DNA of 64,000 bases, taken from assembly GCA_964533865.1 (NCBI GenBank), contig CAZHRC010000001.1:218159-282158 (forward strand), in the 5' to 3' direction. Every line of letters begins with the position of its first letter. Position 1 is the stretch's first letter. Below the pieces are notes generated by a model. It made no database searches, was not told the origin of the DNA, and saw nothing but the letters and a program-made list of their open reading frames with translations. The position numbers were made by a program, and so were the translations under genes. Of the stretch, positions 29,879 through 38,997 are shown in pieces. The stretch comes from an uncultured Peptoniphilaceae bacterium (GTDB lineage Bacteria > Bacillota > Clostridia > Tissierellales > Peptoniphilaceae).

Positions 29879-29965
29879 CTATACGATTGACGCACAAAAA
29901 CATTTGTTAATGTTGCTTAACTATTGGGTATCAATCCATACAAGGGATTGTAAGGAGGATGTTTG

Positions 29966-30907
29966 ATGCAGTTGATCGGTACTAATGATGCTAAACAGTT
30001 ATTAGAGCAGATTAGTTTCTATCATGGAAAATGTGATGTAGCACTTGTTCAAATCGCAATGAATAAGTATAAAGTTATCACTCCATCCGAACAGACAATT
30101 TTAACTTTTTACGAAATAAATGAATTTTCTGCGATCGATCTGGAAGCGCGTATATGGGATAGTTTATTTGAGTGCGGTTTGAGGAATCTAAAAATCTTAG
30201 ATTATGGTTCGTTGGCGAATGTTAATTTATCATACAAAGTTGTTGAATTTAGGCGTGAAATCGCCTTGGAAACCTATTTGGATTCATCATCGGTCATTGA
30301 AAATTATGATATAGGCACAATTGTCGGAGAGATACTCTATCGTTTTCACGCCTTAGACCTTAAATCTGAAACCGGTAGCTGGAATAAGCGCTACAGCACA
30401 GACCTTAACGTCTTATTATTCAATTATGGTAACCTCCAACAAAAAGGAGCGAAAGATTACTTATTGTTGGATTACATTACTGCTAATCGTAAATTATTGA
30501 AAAACACCACGAAGCGTACGATACACGGCAGTATTACGTTGAAAAATATTAGAGTTGACGATGCTGGTCTGATCGATTTGAGAGGTTTGAGATCTGTTTT
30601 GGAAGGCGATCCTGTCTATGATATGCGGCGATTTAACCATATTGGGATTCGTTATCCGAGTTTCGTTAAAGGAATTATCGATGCTTACATGAATTCAACG
30701 CCTCCGCGCATATTTTTTAGATTACTTAGTTTTTATACTGCTGTTGAAATGTTACACAATATCGTTTTGCGAAGAACAGAAGGAGAAACAACGATGTATA
30801 CCAAAGATGAGGAACTGATTTTTGATACTTATCAGGACTTTACTTTGGTGAAACCTTCTTGGTACCTTAATGCTTATCCTACGGTAAGAGAAACCTTTGA
30901 GAACTAA
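29966..30907 (+). CDS. Aminoglycoside/choline-kinase-fold phosphotransferase-like protein with HGS in place of HGD
   Basis: The C-lobe pattern IHGSITLKNIRVDDAGLIDLRG...GDPVYDM aligns to the APH HGDxxxxN...IDxG...D motifs. ATG 29966 follows AAGGAGG. Confidence 0.6.
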   Translation: MQLIGTNDAKQLLEQISFYHGKCDVALVQIAMNKYKVITPSEQTILTFYEINEFSAIDLEARIWDSLFECGLRNLKILDYGSLANVNLSYKVVEFRREIALETYLDSSSVIENYDIGTIVGEILYRFHALDLKSETGSWNKRYSTDLNVLLFNYGNLQQKGAKDYLLLDYITANRKLLKNTTKRTIHGSITLKNIRVDDAGLIDLRGLRSVLEGDPVYDMRRFNHIGIRYPSFVKGIIDAYMNSTPPRIFFRLLSFYTAVEMLHNIVLRRTEGETTMYTKDEELIFDTYQDFTLVKPSWYLNAYPTVRETFEN

Positions 30908-30921
30908 CTCAGAGGTTTTTT
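30894..30921 (+). terminator. Intrinsic terminator overlapping the stop of the APH-like gene
   Basis: cctttgag aactaa ctcagagg tttttt. Confidence 0.65.
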
Positions 30922-31037
30922 ACATGCAGACGGCTAGAAGGAGTATTAAATGAGTAGAAACCTATTGATTTTAGTTTTTCAGTAATGTGGATCGTTTCTG
31001 TGCTATAATTAAATGATGAACAGGGAAGGGGTGAATT

Positions 31038-31895
31038 ATGTATAAACTAGGTGAACTTCAGGAGATGGAAATAAAGCGGATCGTTCCACAAGGTGCCTAT
31101 GTGAACACTCGAGGTGCAAAGGATCGCGATGATATTTTATTGCCAAAAAAAGAATTAATGGCTGCAGATAGTGTTGGAACACAGCACTTGCTTTTTGTTT
31201 ACAAAGATGGAGAAAATAGACCGGTTGCTACAAAACGTAGACCGTTTATCACCTTAGGGAAGCTGGCCATGCTTAAAGTCGTAGACACCTCTTCGATTGG
31301 GGCTTTTATGGATTGGGGGATGGAAAAAGATCTGTTCTTACCCTTCAAAGAACAAACTGAAAAGCTTCATGTAGACCGGTATTATCTTGTCGCTCTTTAC
31401 ATCGATAAATCGGACCGGTTATGCGCTACTATGAGAGTGGCCAACTACCTTAAGCAGAATAGTCCCTATAAAGAGAAGGATTGGGTAGAAGGTACGATCT
31501 ATAATATCAATCCAAATTATGGTTTATTTGTCGCAGTGGATAACGTCTTTGAAGGCCTCGTCCGAAAGGAATCGATGAGGGGTGCTTATGCTGTTGGTGA
31601 AAAAATAAAGTTGCGTGTCGCTCGCGTACGAGAAGACGGAAGACTTGATTTAACACCAAGAGAAGCGGTGCCGCAGGAAATGGAAACGGACGCTCAGCTG
31701 ATTCTAAATGCGTTGAAATTAAATAATGGTTATCTACCGGTAAACGATCGATCGTCACCGGAAGAAATATATAATCGGTTCAATATGAGTAAGGCGTCAT
31801 TTAAACGCGGAGTAGGGCGATTACTGAAAAATCGGCTGATTCGCTTTAGCGACGGCGGAATTGAACTTACGAAAAGGAGAAAACATGGAAAATAA
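31038..31895 (+). CDS. cvfB: CvfB/YitL-family S1-domain RNA-binding protein
   Basis: Repeated S1-like segments (PQGAYVNT..., GAFMDWG, YGLFVAVDNVFEGLV) and a C-terminal winged-helix-like tail. Confidence 0.75.
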   Translation: MYKLGELQEMEIKRIVPQGAYVNTRGAKDRDDILLPKKELMAADSVGTQHLLFVYKDGENRPVATKRRPFITLGKLAMLKVVDTSSIGAFMDWGMEKDLFLPFKEQTEKLHVDRYYLVALYIDKSDRLCATMRVANYLKQNSPYKEKDWVEGTIYNINPNYGLFVAVDNVFEGLVRKESMRGAYAVGEKIKLRVARVREDGRLDLTPREAVPQEMETDAQLILNALKLNNGYLPVNDRSSPEEIYNRFNMSKASFKRGVGRLLKNRLIRFSDGGIELTKRRKHGK

Positions 31896-32628
31896 AGTAA
31901 TAGCAAAAGTAGGGGACCGTGAAATCACACAAAGTGAAGTGATGAATTATATTCGAATGCTTGGTGAAAACGGTCGTCAATTTATGAACGAAGAGGGTCA
32001 AAATTACATCGCAGAGAACATGGTGCGTGAGGAACTTTTTTACCACGACGCTCTTGCGCAGGGAATGGATAAAGATTCTGACTATATAGAAGAGATGGAT
32101 CGAATGGCCGTGACGGTTTTAAAACAATATGCCATCCACAAATTGATCTCTACCATGGCTCTTGAAGAAGAGGAATTAAAAGCTTATTATGAGTCTCATT
32201 TGGAACACTTCACAACACCTCTAACAATGCGTGCAAGCCACATTCTAGTGGAAGATGAAGCAGCAGCTAATGATATCATTGATGAAATTACCGAAGGTCT
32301 GAGTTTTGAGGAAGCAGCTGAAAAATATTCTAATTGCCCTTCCAAAGAAAAGGGTGGCGATCTTGGACAATTCTCCGAAGGACAGATGGTGCCTGAATTC
32401 GAAGAAGCTGGGAAGACATTACCGCTCAATACACTATCTAAACCCATAAAGACTCAATTTGGTTATCACATTATCAAAGTGACCGATCGTCAAGATCCAT
32501 CCGTAAAGTCCTTTGATGAAGTAAGACCTACGGTTGAGAATCAATATCGCGCCCTAAAGCAACAAGAAGCTTTTGTTAACAAAGCGAAAGACCTTGAGAC
32601 AGTTTATACGGTTGAGCGTTTTTACTAA
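31885..32628 (+). CDS. Parvulin-type peptidyl-prolyl isomerase without signal peptide or lipobox
   Basis: PpiC core ASHILV...CPSKEKGGDLG.F..GQMVPEFE...FGYHIIKV. ATG 31885 follows AAAGGAGAAAAC and overlaps the cvfB end. Confidence 0.85.
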   Translation: MENKVIAKVGDREITQSEVMNYIRMLGENGRQFMNEEGQNYIAENMVREELFYHDALAQGMDKDSDYIEEMDRMAVTVLKQYAIHKLISTMALEEEELKAYYESHLEHFTTPLTMRASHILVEDEAAANDIIDEITEGLSFEEAAEKYSNCPSKEKGGDLGQFSEGQMVPEFEEAGKTLPLNTLSKPIKTQFGYHIIKVTDRQDPSVKSFDEVRPTVENQYRALKQQEAFVNKAKDLETVYTVERFY

Positions 32629-32675
32629 TCAAGACCTATTCGTTTATCCATTCTCAGGATGGAAATTGGAGGATT

Positions 32676-34121
32676 ATGAGCTACGATACACTAGAACCGG
32701 AAAGAGTATTTCAGTACTTTAAAGAGTTAAGTAGCATACCCCGCTGTTCCGGTAATGAAGGACCGGTGGGAGATTACTTGCTTTCCGTAGGCAATCGTCT
32801 CGGTTTAAGATCGATAAAAGATGACTATGGCAATGTCATCATTTACAAGCCCGGCACACAAGGAAAAGAGGATCATCCAGCGGTCGTGTTACAGGGGCAT
32901 ATGGACATGGTTTGCGAAAAAACAGAAAATAGTCTTCACGATTTCGATAGAGATCCTCTTACCCTTAAAATAGAAGACGACTTCTTGACCGCTGAGGATA
33001 CTACCTTGGGAGCGGATAACGGGATCGCTTTAGCGATGGCGTTAGCATTGTTTGAAGAAGATTCTTTAACTCACCCACCTTTGGAATTATTGATCACAAC
33101 CAATGAGGAAGTAGGTATGGATGGGGCTATAGGATTATCTCCAACCGTATTGTCTGGAAGAAGATTGATTAATATCGATTCGGAAGAAGAAGGGACGTTA
33201 GTAGCTGGTTGTGCAGGTGGTATTCACGTATCCTTGACGCTAAACCATGAAAAGGTTGAAATTCCACTTGGTCCACTATATTCCATACAGGTTATGGGAC
33301 TACAGGGTGGGCATTCAGGGATGGATATCGGTTTATTAAAAGGGAATGCTATACTGGTCCTGCATGATCTGCTTCGAAAAATAAAGTCATCTGTACCATA
33401 TCAATTAGTGAGTATAAATGGTGGTACGAAAATGAACGCGATTCCAAGAACAGCAGAAGCGATGATCGTTATCGATCCTGAAGATGAATCCACATTTTTA
33501 CAAGTCATCCAAAACACGCGAAAAGAAATTATCGACGCCAATTTAAAACGTGAGCCCGACATACGTATTAAAGTCAAAAGTTGTGCAAGAGACAAGGAGT
33601 TATACGGCTTTGACCTTGCATCTAACGACCAAATGATGAAATTAATCGCATTGCTCCCAAGTGGTGTCAACACTATGGTGCCTGGAACAGATATTGTTGA
33701 GAGTTCTATTAATTTTGCTAAAATTGAAACGGTCGACGGAAAAGTGATCATCTCCTTATCTTTAAGAAGCTCCAATGAAGACCGACGTCGTGAATTACTG
33801 GGTAAAATACAAGAGATCCGCGACTTAACCGGAGCCGAGAGCCAACAAGGAGGTCATTACCCTGCTTGGCAGTTTAAGGAACATTCTTCGCTTAGAGAAG
33901 TTATGGTCAAGCAGTACCAAAACTTCTATGAGAAACCGATGGGTGTCACAGTCATTCATGCGGGATTAGAGTGTGCGATATTTGCTGAGAAGTTCCCTGA
34001 TATGGATATGGTATCTATAGGGCCCAATGTTTACTATGCGCACACACCACAGGAGAGGCTGTCGATTTCTTCGACAAAGCGAGTCTACGACTATCTAAAG
34101 GTAGTGCTTGAGAATCTATAG
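32676..34121 (+). CDS. pepD: Aminoacyl-histidine dipeptidase (M20C, PepD)
   Basis: Motifs LQGHMDMVCEK, GADNGIA and TTNEEVGMDGA. Confidence 0.85.
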   Translation: MSYDTLEPERVFQYFKELSSIPRCSGNEGPVGDYLLSVGNRLGLRSIKDDYGNVIIYKPGTQGKEDHPAVVLQGHMDMVCEKTENSLHDFDRDPLTLKIEDDFLTAEDTTLGADNGIALAMALALFEEDSLTHPPLELLITTNEEVGMDGAIGLSPTVLSGRRLINIDSEEEGTLVAGCAGGIHVSLTLNHEKVEIPLGPLYSIQVMGLQGGHSGMDIGLLKGNAILVLHDLLRKIKSSVPYQLVSINGGTKMNAIPRTAEAMIVIDPEDESTFLQVIQNTRKEIIDANLKREPDIRIKVKSCARDKELYGFDLASNDQMMKLIALLPSGVNTMVPGTDIVESSINFAKIETVDGKVIISLSLRSSNEDRRRELLGKIQEIRDLTGAESQQGGHYPAWQFKEHSSLREVMVKQYQNFYEKPMGVTVIHAGLECAIFAEKFPDMDMVSIGPNVYYAHTPQERLSISSTKRVYDYLKVVLENL

Positions 34122-34186
34122 CTATCGTTTTTTTGAAAATAATCTGGGTATTAATAGAGTAACATCATAAATTGGAGGAAATCAAT

Positions 34187-34504
34187 ATGAGTAACCACAA
34201 TCATCATGACCACGATCATGACCATAATGAAGAACTGGACACAATAATTTTGACCTTAGACGACGACAGTGAAGTAGAATGTGGAGTTTTAGGTATTTAC
34301 GAGGTAGACGATGCGACTTACATTGCACTTTTAACTATGGAAGACGAACAAGTTTTGTTATACAAATATTTTCAAGACGAAGAAGACGAGGAAGCCTTCA
34401 CACTTGAAATCATCGAAGATGATGAAGAATTCTCCGTTGCATCGGATGCTTTCTACGAACTTTTCGTTGAAGACGATGAGTCAGATGAGGAAGATGAAGA
34501 TTAG
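34187..34504 (+). CDS. DUF1292-family acidic protein with His/Asp-rich N-terminus
   Basis: Core ILTLDDDSEVECGVLGIYEVDDATYIALL, N-terminus SNHNHHDHDHDHNEE, and a poly-acidic C-terminus. Confidence 0.7.
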   Translation: MSNHNHHDHDHDHNEELDTIILTLDDDSEVECGVLGIYEVDDATYIALLTMEDEQVLLYKYFQDEEDEEAFTLEIIEDDEEFSVASDAFYELFVEDDESDEEDED

Positions 34505-34522
34505 AGAACATCTGTGTATTGA

Positions 34523-35482
34523 ATGACTTTGGATACTAATAACAAGCTTCCTTATTATCCTTTTTCATCCTATCTCGTCGAGAAATACGGTGAAAAAGTC
34601 TACAAACTTCCAGTTAATTTGAATCTCACCTGCCCCAATCTAGACGGAAATATGGGCGTAGGAGGATGCATTTTTTGCAACAACCAAGGCGGAAGTTACG
34701 AGAATCTCTCAAGTTCATTAAGCATCAAAGAACAAGTCAAGTTGAACAAGCAAAAAATGCAGAATCGTTTTGGCGTTCAAAAATTTATTGTCTATTTCCA
34801 AAGCTATACCAACACTTACCAGTCTTTGAAATCACTTCAAGAGATGGTTTTGGAGATCCCTATGGAAAACGTGGTGCGAATAGATATTGCGACTAGGCCG
34901 GATTGCATCTCTGTCGATCAATTAGCTTGGCTTGCAGAATTTCAAACCACAACAGGTATTGATATCACTTTAGAATTGGGTTTGCAGACGGCGAATTACC
35001 ATACTTTAAAACGTCTCAATCGAGGGCATGGTTTGAGTGAGTTTGTTGAATGTCAGCTCATGGCAAATCACTACAATTTAAGAACATGTGTCCACTTAAT
35101 TTTAGCGCTACCATGGGATGATGAAGTAGATACGGTAGAGACAGCAAGGCTTATGAATGTCACAAAAGTTAAAGAAGTTAAGTTGCATAGTTTATACATC
35201 GCACGAAACACTGTATTGGGTGAGATGTACAAACGAGGAGAAGTGGCATTAAAAACGAAAGAGGAGTTTATTGTTCAGACGATTTCGTTTTTGCGTCATT
35301 TAGATAAAGCTATTGTCGTTCAAAGACTACTGGGAAGAGCGCCAGAATCGGATTCGCTTTTTTGCAACTGGTCTGAAAGCTGGTGGAAAATTAGGGATGA
35401 GATCGTTCTTAGGATGAATCAGGCTAATGATAAACAAGGGGATCTTCAAAGAAAGTTCGGCGAGATCCTCAATAATAGATAA
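34523..35482 (+). CDS. TIGR01212-type radical SAM protein (YtqA/YhcC-like)
   Basis: Cluster motif TCPNLDGNMGVGGCIFCNN, preceded by KVYKLPVNL. Confidence 0.85.
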   Translation: MTLDTNNKLPYYPFSSYLVEKYGEKVYKLPVNLNLTCPNLDGNMGVGGCIFCNNQGGSYENLSSSLSIKEQVKLNKQKMQNRFGVQKFIVYFQSYTNTYQSLKSLQEMVLEIPMENVVRIDIATRPDCISVDQLAWLAEFQTTTGIDITLELGLQTANYHTLKRLNRGHGLSEFVECQLMANHYNLRTCVHLILALPWDDEVDTVETARLMNVTKVKEVKLHSLYIARNTVLGEMYKRGEVALKTKEEFIVQTISFLRHLDKAIVVQRLLGRAPESDSLFCNWSESWWKIRDEIVLRMNQANDKQGDLQRKFGEILNNR

Positions 35483-35505
35483 CAATTGAAAGGTGGTAAT
35501 GAACT

Positions 35506-35928
35506 ATGGTAAAATTTATTTTAGGACCTTCAGGAAGTGGAAAAACGAAATGGCTTATCGATCGGGCAAATCTCGATAAGAAGCAAGGCAATGGAAATAT
35601 TGTGTTTATAGATACGGACGACTCACATATTTTCAGTTTGGACCATGCAGTACGCTTGATTAATGCCACTGACTTTGATATCACGGATTCTAAAAAGTTG
35701 TACGGTTTTTTAGCGGGGATCGTTTCTCGGGATTACGATATTGAAAAGATCTACATCGATGGTATTTACGAGGTCATTAATTTTAACACGGACACCTTTG
35801 TAACGCTGATAGATAGCTTGAAAAAACTATCCGAAAAATACAATGTGGTGTTTTACATGGGTATGGATAAACTTACGGAAGATCTTCCAGAAGATTTAAG
35901 GGAAGATGCGGAAGAGCTATCCGTATAA
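35506..35928 (+). CDS. 140-aa stand-alone P-loop NTPase, function unknown
   Basis: Walker A GPSGSGKT at residues 7-14, Walker-B-like KIYIDG, and an acidic tail EDLPEDLREDAEEL. RBS AAAGGTGG. Confidence 0.6.
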   Translation: MVKFILGPSGSGKTKWLIDRANLDKKQGNGNIVFIDTDDSHIFSLDHAVRLINATDFDITDSKKLYGFLAGIVSRDYDIEKIYIDGIYEVINFNTDTFVTLIDSLKKLSEKYNVVFYMGMDKLTEDLPEDLREDAEELSV

Positions 35929-35942
35929 TCGATACATCGCAC

Positions 35943-35972
35943 AGAGATTCCCAACAGAAGTTGGGAATCTCT
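35943..35972 (+). terminator. 13-bp perfect hairpin between the two unknown genes (no U tract)
   Basis: agagattcccaac agaa gttgggaatctct. Confidence 0.35.
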
Positions 35973-35990
35973 TATTAAGTGAGGTTGTAG

Positions 35991-36536
35991 ATGCAATCAG
36001 ATAGAAGTGCCCTGGCGACGTTCTTGGAGAAGAGACAAAAATTGATCGAAGAGTTATCGATTCAGAAAATAGACAAAACAATGTTTCTCAAGTTGAATTA
36101 TGATTTAATTCGAACGTTACAAATGAAGCCTTATAGCGTAATTGACACCATTGAAAAAGGAATATACAATTACCAGTATTTCAACATTTTAGCGAAGTAC
36201 TATCAAATTCAAGCTTCAATAGCATACAAAGAAAACAAAAAAAGAAAATACAAGGAACATATCAATTCTAGAAACAACTATTATGCGAAAAAAGACGACA
36301 CTACGTTGGCGCTTTTAGATCTCCTTAATGAAGACCAACTTTTATGCCATTTTGTGGTAACGCCATCGAAAAGGTTAGAGAACAAATTGTTGGAAATTGT
36401 CGTCACCCACATGCAATATGTCGTACTACATACACTGAGCTCTCGGATCATTGATGTGCTTCAGAAACGAGGTATCGAAATAAAGGTTGCCCAACCTTCG
36501 GTTATCGATCATTATGTGAACAGCGGATACCAATAA
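35991..36536 (+). CDS. 181-aa hypothetical protein (helical, K/Y/N-rich)
   Basis: Long ORF with RBS GTGAGG. I recognise no motif. Confidence 0.5.
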   Translation: MQSDRSALATFLEKRQKLIEELSIQKIDKTMFLKLNYDLIRTLQMKPYSVIDTIEKGIYNYQYFNILAKYYQIQASIAYKENKKRKYKEHINSRNNYYAKKDDTTLALLDLLNEDQLLCHFVVTPSKRLENKLLEIVVTHMQYVVLHTLSSRIIDVLQKRGIEIKVAQPSVIDHYVNSGYQ

Positions 36537-36576
36537 TCGACCGATGACTGGCGCCAGTCATCGGTCGATTATTTTA
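36535..36576. terminator. Bidirectional terminator (17-bp perfect palindrome)
   Basis: aatcgaccgatgactgg cg ccagtcatcggtcgatt, followed by atttt. Confidence 0.8.
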
Positions 36577-36582
36577 ATGTGC

Positions 36583-37008
36583 TTATTGGGTAGGCGATTC
36601 GGAAGTGTAGATTAAATTTATCAGTTCATCAAGAGTTGTAAGTGGGTTTATAGCATAGGTGCCAGGAGTCGCGGATTCTAATAGATTGCGATCGGTTAAT
36701 GCCTTAATGAACTCTTCACTATTGCTGATGAGCCCCGCATCTGTTAAGATACGTCCAATTCCATGAGCATCAACACCTTGAGGGATAATGACTGATATCT
36801 CAATCGCTGTTGTTTTATCTTCTACATTTTCTTTAGGTAGGACAGATATTGTATCGGATGCTGGTTGTCGGTTAGATCCTCGATCAATAGGCATCGCCAT
36901 GAGAGTATTGACTCTAGTAAATACAATGAATCCGACCAAAACAAATATGATAATAATCATAAAAATATCAATTACGTCGTAAATAAAATCCCTTAAACCG
37001 TTTATCAT
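36583..37008 (-). CDS. Membrane-anchored protein resembling only the N-terminal lobe of MltG/YceG
   Basis: A TM helix (IFMIIIIFVLVGFIVF), then ISVIIPQGVDAHGIGRILTDAGLI...ATPGTYAINPLTTLDELINLI. There is no catalytic C-terminal half. ATG 37008 follows GAGGTGG. Confidence 0.55.
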   Translation of the reverse strand: MINGLRDFIYDVIDIFMIIIIFVLVGFIVFTRVNTLMAMPIDRGSNRQPASDTISVLPKENVEDKTTAIEISVIIPQGVDAHGIGRILTDAGLISNSEEFIKALTDRNLLESATPGTYAINPLTTLDELINLIYTSESPTQ

Positions 37009-37111
37009 GTGCGACCACCTCAAAACCTATTTTCTAATGCCATTGAATTCAGATGATGATAGACCCTGAATTAATGGTATAATGATAGTATACCACAGGG
37101 TAGGTGAAAAA

Positions 37112-38083
37112 ATGAAAGAGATTATTATTGGCAAAAATGACGACGATCAACGTTTAGATCGATTTTTGAAAAAGTACCTTGGAAGAGCTCCAAAATCCGT
37201 GGTGCAAAAGTACATTAGAAAGCATAAGTTTCGTCTCAATGGCGTTCATCCTAAAGCGGATACCTTTATTTATGAAGGGGATGTGTTAGCGATCTATATA
37301 AGTGATACCGAGCTCGATCGTTTCACTAAAAAGACACAGCATAAAAAAAGAGTTACACAACATTTGAAAATTGTTTATGAAGATGATCAGCTGATTGTAA
37401 TCGATAAACCAAAAGGCATATTGTCTCATGCTGTTGATTCTACCGATTATGGTAAAAATATCGTTGATATTATGGTGGATTATCTCATTGATAAAGGTGA
37501 TTTTCAACCGCGCATAGAACACAATTTTAGGCCTGCATTAGCTAATAGACTAGACCGCAACACTTCTGGTTTGTTAATCGGTTGTAAAACATCTTTGGCA
37601 CTTAAAGAAACCAACGAAGCACTGCGTGAAGATCGTGTTGAAAAGTACTATAATGCCCTTGTTCTTGGTAAAATAGAACAAGAACACAGGATAGACAAAA
37701 AATTATCAAAGAACGAGTCACGTAATATTGTCAGCATTGATGGCAATGAAGGAAAAGAGAGTATTACTGAAATATTCCCACTTCATTCGAGTTCAACGTT
37801 TACTGAGATTGCTATAAAATTGATTACAGGAAGAACCCATCAAATAAGAGTTCATTTAGCGTCAATTGGTCATCCAATCGCGGGTGATCGCAAATACGGC
37901 AATCAAAAAATCAATCGGCAACTTTATGATCAATATGGTCTAGAGAGTCAATTACTACATGCTAATCGGCTTGTTCTTCAAGGGTATGAGACGTTAACCT
38001 ATCTCAATGGACTAGAAATCCGCTCGAAGGATTCGTCATATGAAGAGCTGATAAAACGAATCTTTATGAATGAAAGGGGATAA
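37112..38083 (+). CDS. RluA/RluC-family pseudouridine synthase
   Basis: An S4-like N-terminus, catalytic loop RLDRNTSGLLIG, and motif GRTHQIRVHL. Confidence 0.85.
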   Translation: MKEIIIGKNDDDQRLDRFLKKYLGRAPKSVVQKYIRKHKFRLNGVHPKADTFIYEGDVLAIYISDTELDRFTKKTQHKKRVTQHLKIVYEDDQLIVIDKPKGILSHAVDSTDYGKNIVDIMVDYLIDKGDFQPRIEHNFRPALANRLDRNTSGLLIGCKTSLALKETNEALREDRVEKYYNALVLGKIEQEHRIDKKLSKNESRNIVSIDGNEGKESITEIFPLHSSSTFTEIAIKLITGRTHQIRVHLASIGHPIAGDRKYGNQKINRQLYDQYGLESQLLHANRLVLQGYETLTYLNGLEIRSKDSSYEELIKRIFMNERG

Positions 38084-38997
38084 TGATGGTTGTTATAGGA
38101 GTAGATATTGGAGGGACCAAAATTAAAGCGGGGATCGTCGACGAAATGGGCGAAATTAAAAAGATCGCCAGTCGACCAACCCTTGCTGAAGAAGGTAGAG
38201 AAGCGGTACTCGCCAGAATTTTTGAGACGATTGATGAACTCGATATCGATGGAATCGCTGGGATAGGTTTGGGAACACCAGGCTTTATTGATGCAGAAAG
38301 AGGCATCGTCACTTTTGCAGGTAATATCGAAGGGTGGACTGGACTCAATCTTAAAGACCGGGTAAGTTCCCGCTATGATCGATTACCGGTGTTTATCGAT
38401 AATGATGCAAATATTGCGGCAATGTGTGAAGGGTGGCTAGGAGCTGGGAAGGGTTTAAAATCCTTTGCCATGATAACTTTGGGCACTGGTCTCGGTGGAG
38501 CATATTACGAAAAAAATCTTGGGTTTTTAAGTGGTGCGCATTTTCAGGGGGCGGAGTTCGGCCATATTGTCCTCTATCCACATGGCGATTACTGTACCTG
38601 TGGTCAACTTGGATGCGCAGAGGCCTACTGCTCCGGTACAGCACTAGTTCGGCATTATCACGAATTGACGGGAGAATCCTTGAGTGGTGAAGAAATCATG
38701 CGTAGCGTTAATGAGAACATAAATTGCAAAAAAGTTGTTGAGCGTTATCAAGAGGATATTGGCATTTACTTATCAACGTTACGAAATGTATTTGATCCCG
38801 AAGCTATTATTATTGGTGGAGGTGTCATTCAATCAAAAGCCTATTGGTGGGAAGGAATGATCCAAGCTTTTAATGATTATTGTAATCGCCCACAGGAAGT
38901 GGCGATCAAACCTGCAGAATACTTAAATGATGCAGGTGTTATTGGTGGGGCAAAACTCGCTTTTGATGGCGTTAGAAAGGGACATAGTAATGAGTGA
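38083..38997 (+). CDS. glcK: ROK-family glucokinase
   Basis: ATP loop GVDIGGTK and Zn motif CTCGQLGCAEAYCSG. The start overlaps the preceding stop (TAATGATG). Confidence 0.85.
   Translation: MMVVIGVDIGGTKIKAGIVDEMGEIKKIASRPTLAEEGREAVLARIFETIDELDIDGIAGIGLGTPGFIDAERGIVTFAGNIEGWTGLNLKDRVSSRYDRLPVFIDNDANIAAMCEGWLGAGKGLKSFAMITLGTGLGGAYYEKNLGFLSGAHFQGAEFGHIVLYPHGDYCTCGQLGCAEAYCSGTALVRHYHELTGESLSGEEIMRSVNENINCKKVVERYQEDIGIYLSTLRNVFDPEAIIIGGGVIQSKAYWWEGMIQAFNDYCNRPQEVAIKPAEYLNDAGVIGGAKLAFDGVRKGHSNE

Noticed and set aside
30950-30985. An 11-codon ORF MSRNLLILVFQ behind GAAGGAG, between the APH-like gene and cvfB.
   Set aside because: It is too short to evaluate and overlaps the probable cvfB promoter region. 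There is no supporting feature.
38927-38989. ORF-track N-terminal extensions. Examples are the response regulator from 38927, GIY-YIG to 43087, RodA from 20352, the CYTH gene from 52521, pyrB from 56550, and the YtxH-like gene from 25423.
   Set aside because: The upstream portions overlap the preceding gene or lack an RBS. Internal ATG/GTG codons with good Shine-Dalgarno spacing give N-termini matching the families.
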